From an uncultured virus (IMG/VR IMGVR_UViG_3300031942_000002) (taxonomy: Duplodnaviria; Heunggongvirae; Uroviricota; Caudoviricetes), in IMG/VR virus record IMGVR_UViG_3300031942_000002: a stretch of 64,000 bases of DNA; one strand, 5' to 3'. This document shows, one piece after another, positions 58,162 to 64,000 of the stretch. The position numbers were made by a program, and so were the translations under genes. The notes beneath the pieces were generated by a model. That model was not told the DNA's origin and made no database searches. It saw only the letters and a program-made list of their open reading frames with translations. Positions within the stretch are counted from its first letter, which is position 1. Every line of letters starts with the position of its first letter.

Positions 58162-58852
58162 TGGCGGGTCACAACTGTCCGGTCAACCCGCGCTTCCGCT
58201 GTCCCTATCCGACGGTGTGCAAGAAGACCTGCTCCGACAGCTGGGACGGCCAGCACGGCTTCGAGAAGAGCGGCGATGTCTGGGTGTGGTCCGGTCCGAC
58301 ATTTGAGGTGCCCTACAAGGAGATGCCATGAGCGGAGTTTTTGAAGCCAGTTACCACGGCATCTGTGAGGCATGCGGTGAAGAGATCGAAGAAGGGGATC
58401 GGGTGCGCTACACCGATGACGACGAGCTGATTCACGAGGAGTGCTCGTGACCTACGTGCATATGTCCAACCGGGACAAGGAAGCCAAGTTCCGCAGTGCG
58501 CTGACCAGGATGGCGCTGGCCCGTGACGAGATCGAATACCTGTCTTCAGGCGGGCTGTGCGACGCCGGATACGTGCTGGCAGCCCTGGACACCGCCATCG
58601 GTCAGTTCACCGCCCTGCGGGCCGTTGCGGCCGCGCAATACGGCTTCCGGATCAAGGCGGGGGTGTGATGGCCGACGATGAAAAGCTGCCCATGGTCGAC
58701 AAGGATCGGCTGGCCGCACTGCAGCGCAATCTACGGGACGGCATGGAGGCTACCCGTCAGGCTGATCCGGAGGGTTCGACGGCGTCGGAGTGGTTCCTCC
58801 TGGGCAATATGTTCGCGGTCCTCGACGCGCTGCTGACCGAGCTGATCAAGGC

Positions 58853-59371
58853 ATGAGCCAGCACCGCAGCACGCTGATCGAGCTGATCCGCACCGAGGTG
58901 GCTGGGCCCGAGACCGCCGACTGGGCCGACCTGGATCTGCGCCATCTGCTGTGCACCGGGCGCCGTCTGCGCACCGCTGCCCTGGTGCTGGCCGAGTGGA
59001 TCGAGCTGCATGTCACCGAGATCCCGTCCGCGATCGTGTGCCCTTTCGACGACGAGATGCTGGGTCATGTGGTGGTGAGCCGGGCGATGACGAGCATGAA
59101 ATGGATCAGCGTCACCGACGGCGCCACCACCGGCGGTGATCTGACCGAGCAGGACGCCACCATCATTCTGGCGGGCATGGTCACCACCGGCGGCTCGGTG
59201 CGCTACGTGTACGACATGGTCGTCGAGGCGGGCGCCAGCGTGCTGGCCATCATCGCGCTGATCGACCGGGCCGGGATCGCCCAAGGCTTCTTCGAGTCGA
59301 TCGGGGTGGACTACTGGCCGGTGCTGACACACTACGATCTGGACCTGCCCCCGCTGGTGCGGGGGGATTGA
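58853..59371 (+). CDS. orotate phosphoribosyltransferase (PyrE)-like homolog, degenerate
   Basis: LDLR, VTTGGSV, AGA.V...ALIDR, VLT..DL; acidic pair of PRPP loop absent. Confidence 0.65.
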   Translation: MSQHRSTLIELIRTEVAGPETADWADLDLRHLLCTGRRLRTAALVLAEWIELHVTEIPSAIVCPFDDEMLGHVVVSRAMTSMKWISVTDGATTGGDLTEQDATIILAGMVTTGGSVRYVYDMVVEAGASVLAIIALIDRAGIAQGFFESIGVDYWPVLTHYDLDLPPLVRGD

Positions 59372-59964
59372 GGACCGTAGGTGGAAGGTGTGAAGTGCCC
59401 GGCGTGGATAGGAATAAGGTGAAAGTGGCACTGTAGAGGGAGGACGCCCGGTGCGCCGCGACGAGTTCTTGGCCGGGGGACCGATGGTGCGGGGACGCTG
59501 GTCGGCCGTCGCGTGCCTGTGGTGGTCGGGTTATCTGGTCGGGCGCACCCAGCCGGTCTATGACCTGTGGAAGGTTGACAACAACACCGTCTGGGACTGG
59601 ATCAGCGTCGGCCTCGGGATGATTGCTCTCGTCTTCGGGTTGATCTTCCTGGACCAGTACGGCCGCAACTGTTGGTTCAGCTGGACGTTCGACGACGTCA
59701 AATGGGACGGGCGGTTCACCCGCGACGAGGTGAAGAGGCATGGATGGATACCCTGGCGTCATTCCTCAGTGCGATAGGGTCCTCGGCGGTCGCCACCATC
59801 GTCACCATGCTGTTCACCACGGCGTTTTCCCGTGCCACCCCCGACGAGTCGGGGGACAACAAGGAACGCGACCGGCTACAGGACGAGGTGGTCTGGCTGC
59901 GAGGCCAGCTGGACGACCAGCTGGACGACGATGATAAGAACACCCCCAAGAAGACGGAGACATC

Positions 59965-60261
59965 ATGACGATCGCATCCGAGCGTTTCGACCTCGACGAG
60001 CTGGACTTCGAGCCCGAGTCCCACCCCGCCGAGCGCATCCGGACGATGGTGAGCGCGATCACCGCCGCGCTGGCCCCGACGGGTGAGCTGATTCGTGCCG
60101 TGCAGCAGTTCCGCGAGACTTTCACCGACGTCTTCGGTGTCGATTTGACCGAGGCCCGTCGGATCAGCGAGGAGAGCGCCGCCTTCCTGCAGCGCAATCC
60201 CGAGTTGTGGGAGGCGCTGTGCGAGTGCACCCCGAGCCGTGGGAAGCTGTTGAGCGGATGA
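59965..60261 (+). CDS. hypothetical protein with N-terminal RFDLDELDF
   Basis: GGAGAC RBS; motif shared with 51725..52027. Confidence 0.65.
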   Translation: MTIASERFDLDELDFEPESHPAERIRTMVSAITAALAPTGELIRAVQQFRETFTDVFGVDLTEARRISEESAAFLQRNPELWEALCECTPSRGKLLSG

Positions 60262-60487
60262 GATTCCCACGCATGATCGGCCTGACCGGCGAGCAGCAGG
60301 CCGAGGTGACCCGCCGGGTGCGCGAGCGGGAGGATTACTTCGAGCGGCGCAATCGCGCCGACGCCGCGTGCGCGGGGATCCACATCGCCCAGGAGGCGTT
60401 CGCCGAGGCCCAGGAGGCGGTCGACCAGATGTGGGTGGAGGAGGTTAATCGACTGGTGGAAGAACTCGACCTGTAGAAGGAGAACCC

Positions 60488-60883
60488 ATGAAGGAAGTTG
60501 CCTGCATCGACCATCTGCGCGCGGCCCCGGTGTCGGTGATCATCAAGACCAAGAGCGGGCGTACCTGCGAGCGCGGCGAGCTTGGCTGGACGGAGATGGG
60601 CCAGCCCCGTGACCACGAGGTCACCTTCGACGACGAGACGGATTTCCCGGCCACGGTGATCTGGTCCTACGCCCAGGAGATCGGGGATCCGGCCACCGAG
60701 GCGCTGGCACAGCTGGCGATGGTGTGGATCAAGCAGCAGCAGCAGGCCGACGCGGCGGCGGCCGCCGAACAGAACCGTCAGAACGAGATGGTCCGGCAGA
60801 TCACCGAGCAGTTCGGCCAGCAGAACGGTCAGCCGCCGGTCCCGCAGTCCCCGCTGCAGGTGGTAGAGGCCCCTCCGGCTTAA
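60488..60883 (+). CDS. hypothetical protein, Gln-rich tail
   Basis: AAGGAG RBS. Confidence 0.65.
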   Translation: MKEVACIDHLRAAPVSVIIKTKSGRTCERGELGWTEMGQPRDHEVTFDDETDFPATVIWSYAQEIGDPATEALAQLAMVWIKQQQQADAAAAAEQNRQNEMVRQITEQFGQQNGQPPVPQSPLQVVEAPPA

Positions 60884-60898
60884 CCTGAATGGTAAACT
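60880..60898 (+). promoter_or_regulatory. palindrome overlapping -10 of leaderless HTH gene
   Basis: TTAACC-TGAAT-GGTAAACT, 6 nt before ATG 60905. Confidence 0.7.
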
Positions 60899-60904
60899 GG
60901 CGGG

Positions 60905-61138
60905 ATGCCGACCAACATCCAGCGCGACCTCGCGGACTACGTTCGCCAAGGCCTGAAAAAGAATGGGCGCACCCAGCGCCAGCTGGCCGACGACGCGGGG
61001 GTGACGACGAAGCATGTGACGATGGTGCTCAGCGGGAAGAGCGCGGCCAGCGTGCAGATGTGGCAGAAACTGGTGGACGCGGCCTGGAAAGGATCGGAGC
61101 AGCCTCATGACGCGCCGCAGACTGTGGATGTGGGTTGA
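60905..61138 (+). CDS. XRE/Cro-like HTH protein
   Basis: GRTQRQLADDAGVTTKHVTMVLSGK. Confidence 0.8.
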   Translation: MPTNIQRDLADYVRQGLKKNGRTQRQLADDAGVTTKHVTMVLSGKSAASVQMWQKLVDAAWKGSEQPHDAPQTVDVG

Positions 61139-61357
61139 CGCCGCGCTGGACCGCGCGGGCCTGATCCGCAAAAGCCAGCAGTGGGTGGAGCGGCTGGAAA
61201 TCCACCAGCCCGGCAACGGGGAACTCAACCAGATCCTGATCGAGCTGAAAGGCGGCTTCCGCTGGTCCGGTTATGCCGAGACCGGCCTGCCGCCCATGAG
61301 ATATCCCGTCAACCCGATATTCAAGGGGCCCGGTGTGAAGACCAAGGGGGGTGATGG

Positions 61358-61534
61358 CTAATCTTTGCGTCCCGTTATCCAACGGTCGATGGTCTCGGGC
61401 AGCCAACCCTTGATGCGTCCGATCATGGCGTCGGGCGGCGGTAGCCGCCCGGGTATCTGGCTGTAGACCTTGACCGTGTTGCGGGCCAGGCCGCTCTTCT
61501 CTGCTATCTGGGTGATGCTCAGATAGCGCTTCAT
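61358..61534 (-). CDS. small HTH DNA-binding protein (58 aa, not in ORF track)
   Basis: MKRYLSITQIAEKSGLARNTVKVY...LPPPDAMIGRIKGWLPETIDRW, AlpA/excisionase-like. Confidence 0.8.
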   Translation of the reverse strand: MKRYLSITQIAEKSGLARNTVKVYSQIPGRLPPPDAMIGRIKGWLPETIDRWITGRKD

Positions 61535-61637
61535 ACCTCTTAAGATATACCTATAAAGTAATCTCCACCATGGTGTGTACTTTAGGGTATGGTCTTCATC
61601 ACATGCACTTTGTTACATATCTGTAAGGAGATCTCTT

Positions 61638-61895
61638 ATGATGCTGAAACGGGTGGTGGCGACCGGAATCGCCGCCGTGGGACTGGCCGTGGGCGGTGTC
61701 GTGCTGGCCAGCCCGGGCACCGCACACGCGAGCTGTGTCAACGCCGACGACGCCCAAGGCGGTGGTGGTGGCGGCTGGCCCGGCGGCGGGGGCTTCGTGG
61801 ACTGCCACTACGCCGCCGACGGCAGCTACGACCACTGCGTCAACGTGCGCGTGCTGGGCTTCGGTGGCTGGCAGTGCAACCGGGTGGGCGCGTGA
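61638..61895 (+). CDS. small secreted Gly/Cys protein
   Basis: AAGGAG RBS; signal peptide ending AHA; 4 Cys; DGSYDHC...GFGGWQC. Confidence 0.75.
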   Translation: MMLKRVVATGIAAVGLAVGGVVLASPGTAHASCVNADDAQGGGGGGWPGGGGFVDCHYAADGSYDHCVNVRVLGFGGWQCNRVGA

Positions 61896-62233
61896 AGCGG
61901 CTGGCGCTGGTGATCGGACCAGCAATAGCGGCGGCGGGTATCGCGTTGGCGGCTCCCGCCAACGCGGCGCAGGGTGGCTGGGACCCTCACGGCAAACCGC
62001 ATTCGTGGATCAAGGTCGGTTCCAACGAGGTACAGCGCACGAAGAACAATACGGGCGGCGAGGACTTCGCGTATTACGGACGCTGCCCCGGCATCGCGGA
62101 TCTTCACCAGTGCGACCGGTTGTTGCAGGGAATCAACCGCGAGTTCCCGCTCGGCCAGCCCAACGTGAAGCCACGCGGCTACTGGGCCGAGTATTACCCA
62201 GACACGGACGAATTGCGCTCGGGGAGGTGGTGA
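61892..62233 (+). CDS. small secreted protein
   Basis: Signal peptide ending PANA; 2 Cys. Confidence 0.7.
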   Translation: MKRLALVIGPAIAAAGIALAAPANAAQGGWDPHGKPHSWIKVGSNEVQRTKNNTGGEDFAYYGRCPGIADLHQCDRLLQGINREFPLGQPNVKPRGYWAEYYPDTDELRSGRW

Positions 62234-62580
62234 TGAGGAAAGCCATTATCGGCGCTGCGATCCCGCTCCTGTGTGGAGCGGGTATCGCCCTCGCGCCGCA
62301 GGCGCAGGCGCAGACCTGCGGTGTCTACTCACTCCCTCCACGGCTCGCTCAGGGCAACCCGGGCACCTTCATCCTGAATGTTCGCGGTGAAGTGAGCTGT
62401 CAGCAGGCCCGCACGATCATGAACGACTGGAATGCGGGCAAGGGAACCCAGACTGCACGTAATGCCTCCACGGTCGACGGCTGGGACTGTGTCGGCAATC
62501 CCGCCGGGGTCTACGGCGAGACCGGTGTTCTCAGTTACTGCGAAAGCCCGTCCAGTGCCCGTATCGAAATCACTAGATAA
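62233..62580 (+). CDS. small secreted Cys protein
   Basis: Signal peptide ending AQA; TCG...GEVSCQQA...DGWDC...C. Confidence 0.75.
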   Translation: MRKAIIGAAIPLLCGAGIALAPQAQAQTCGVYSLPPRLAQGNPGTFILNVRGEVSCQQARTIMNDWNAGKGTQTARNASTVDGWDCVGNPAGVYGETGVLSYCESPSSARIEITR

Positions 62581-62589
62581 GGAAACATC

Positions 62590-62886
62590 ATGATTGTCCG
62601 TAGAACGATAGGTATTGCCACGCTGCTACTCGGGGTGGCCGGTGTCACCGCGTCCCCGGTGTTCGCTTCCGGTGAGCAGCCGGGCGGGCAATGCTCGCCG
62701 GGTGGAATCGTCTCGTCGGACGGAACGCTGGTCTGTTCGGGTCAATCCGGTATGTGGATGGCTCGCGGCGCTAATGGTGGTCTGTTGACGGTGAAGCCAG
62801 GCCAACCGTGCGACCGGCCCGGCGACGTGGCCTACACCCCGCCCGAGGACATCGTCCACTGCCGCCAGGGCACCTGGCAACGTTGA
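62590..62886 (+). CDS. small secreted protein with two PGxxC...C...W repeats
   Basis: Signal peptide ending VFA; PGGQC..LVC...W and PGQPC...VHC..GTW. Confidence 0.7.
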   Translation: MIVRRTIGIATLLLGVAGVTASPVFASGEQPGGQCSPGGIVSSDGTLVCSGQSGMWMARGANGGLLTVKPGQPCDRPGDVAYTPPEDIVHCRQGTWQR

Positions 62887-63568
62887 TCACATCCCCTGAT
62901 TCGGTCCCCGGCGTTTATGCTGGGGATCGAGTCGTTTTGGGCGCGTCTACGGGATCGGAGGCTACGAGCTTGAATAGCGCGGGCGCGGAGTGGGTGGAGG
63001 CGCGGATGAACGAGATCCTCAAGCCCTATGGCATGCGGTTTAAAACCGAGCCGATCCTGGCCGAGCATGACGAATCCTCCCGGCTGCCCACCTACCAGAT
63101 CGCCTTGGTCTACGACGTGCCGCCATGGATGCTCAACCCCTACTACAACACCCGGTGGTGGCGGCTGCGCTGGCGCCTGCGGTGGTTCGAGAAGATGTTC
63201 ACCCGGCTGCGCAGGCGGCTCTTCCGGCGGTCGTGATAGGACTGAAGTTTCCTTAACCCCGGTAACCGGAAGGACGTTCACCGTGCCCAACTTCGACAGC
63301 TCACTGATCACTGATCTGCGTGGCCTGGCTCGGGAGTGCAGGCAGCTGGCGTACACCGGGCACCACGACAAGGAAACCGCGCTGCTTTCCCTTTCCAACC
63401 GGCTGGACGCCCAGGTCGGCCGGATCGAACAGCTGGTGAACACCTGAGGGGTAATTACCCAATAGGTTGACGCCGCCGACGGCGCCTGGTAGACAGGTGG
63501 AATCCCACGCCGGGTCCGTCCACAGTACGGGTTCCCCGAGCGGGGCTATCCCTGAGGAGGGGATTATT

Positions 63569-64000
63569 TTGGTTACTCCAAATCCGGAGTTCGTCCAGCC
63601 CACAGCGGAAGAGCTGGGGGCCGATCCCGAAGAAGTCAAGCGCATCTGCGACCAGATCCTGATCGATCAGGGCTGGTGCACGCGCATCGCTGGTGTTCTG
63701 CAGCCTTACGACCAGGCGGTCAAGGAGGCGGTGTTCAACGCGGTGATCGATAGCCACGTTCTGGACACCGAGCAGGAGATCGAGACCAAGCTGGCGTTCA
63801 GCATGGCCGAGTTCTACGGCGAGATGGTGCCCGGCGGGCCGAAGGTCGATAGTCGCAACGTCAACGAGCAGGCCGCTGCGGGGATCCTGGCGCAGGACCT
63901 GTGGGGCTACACCTCGGGGTCGACCACCGGCTACGTGCAGCGCGGTCTGGAAGAGAAGCAGCTGGTGTTGTGCGAGGCGAGCACCATGCGGCCGTTCTTC
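63569..64000 (+). CDS. hypothetical protein, 3' truncated by window edge
   Basis: GAGGAGG RBS, TTG start, 144 open codons to window end. Confidence 0.7.
   Translation, partial: MVTPNPEFVQPTAEELGADPEEVKRICDQILIDQGWCTRIAGVLQPYDQAVKEAVFNAVIDSHVLDTEQEIETKLAFSMAEFYGEMVPGGPKVDSRNVNEQAAAGILAQDLWGYTSGSTTGYVQRGLEEKQLVLCEASTMRPFF

Larger units (their letters stand above)
40424..61361 (+). other. dense array of dozens of small, co-oriented, translationally coupled hypothetical ORFs
   Basis: Continuous ATGA/GTGA/TGATG overlaps, mostly 25-170 aa; only a subset is listed individually. Confidence 0.85.

Overview
High-GC window from what looks like a large actinobacteriophage genome. The gene set resembles big Mycobacterium/Rhodococcus-type phages; this is inferred from gene content, no search was run. 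Layout: (i) 3' end of a probable tail/structural gene (to 878); (ii) small early-type genes (1-5 kb); (iii) a minus-strand operon of SNF2 ATPase, putative DNA-binding protein, 2OG-Fe(II)-oxygenase-like and ParB-like genes, converging on a glycosyltransferase-like gene; (iv) a ~400-nt hairpin-rich non-coding stretch next to an HNH gene and a UvrD helicase; (v) a self-contained replication/recombination module (DnaC-like loader, DnaB, primase, J-domain protein, SSB-like, DnaE, RecA, PD-(D/E)XK resolvase, Cas4-like nuclease, RusA, sigma-like factor); (vi) DUF932-like, papain-like peptidase, methyltransferase and double GT2 genes; (vii) ~20 kb of tiny co-oriented ORFs, then an islet of small secreted Cys-containing proteins. 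No tRNA, rRNA, CRISPR array, integrase or transposase was recognised. Best leads: a candidate structured ncRNA (~8750-9140); a window-wide regulatory code made of a WWACC-N5-GGTAA palindrome overlapping -10 boxes and a GACACAC element at both leadered and leaderless starts, with one hairpin carrying the complement in its loop; two metabolic enzyme homologs lacking key catalytic residues; and a SNF2/oxygenase/ParB/GT neighbourhood reminiscent of base-J-type DNA modification. All functional calls are from motif reading only.
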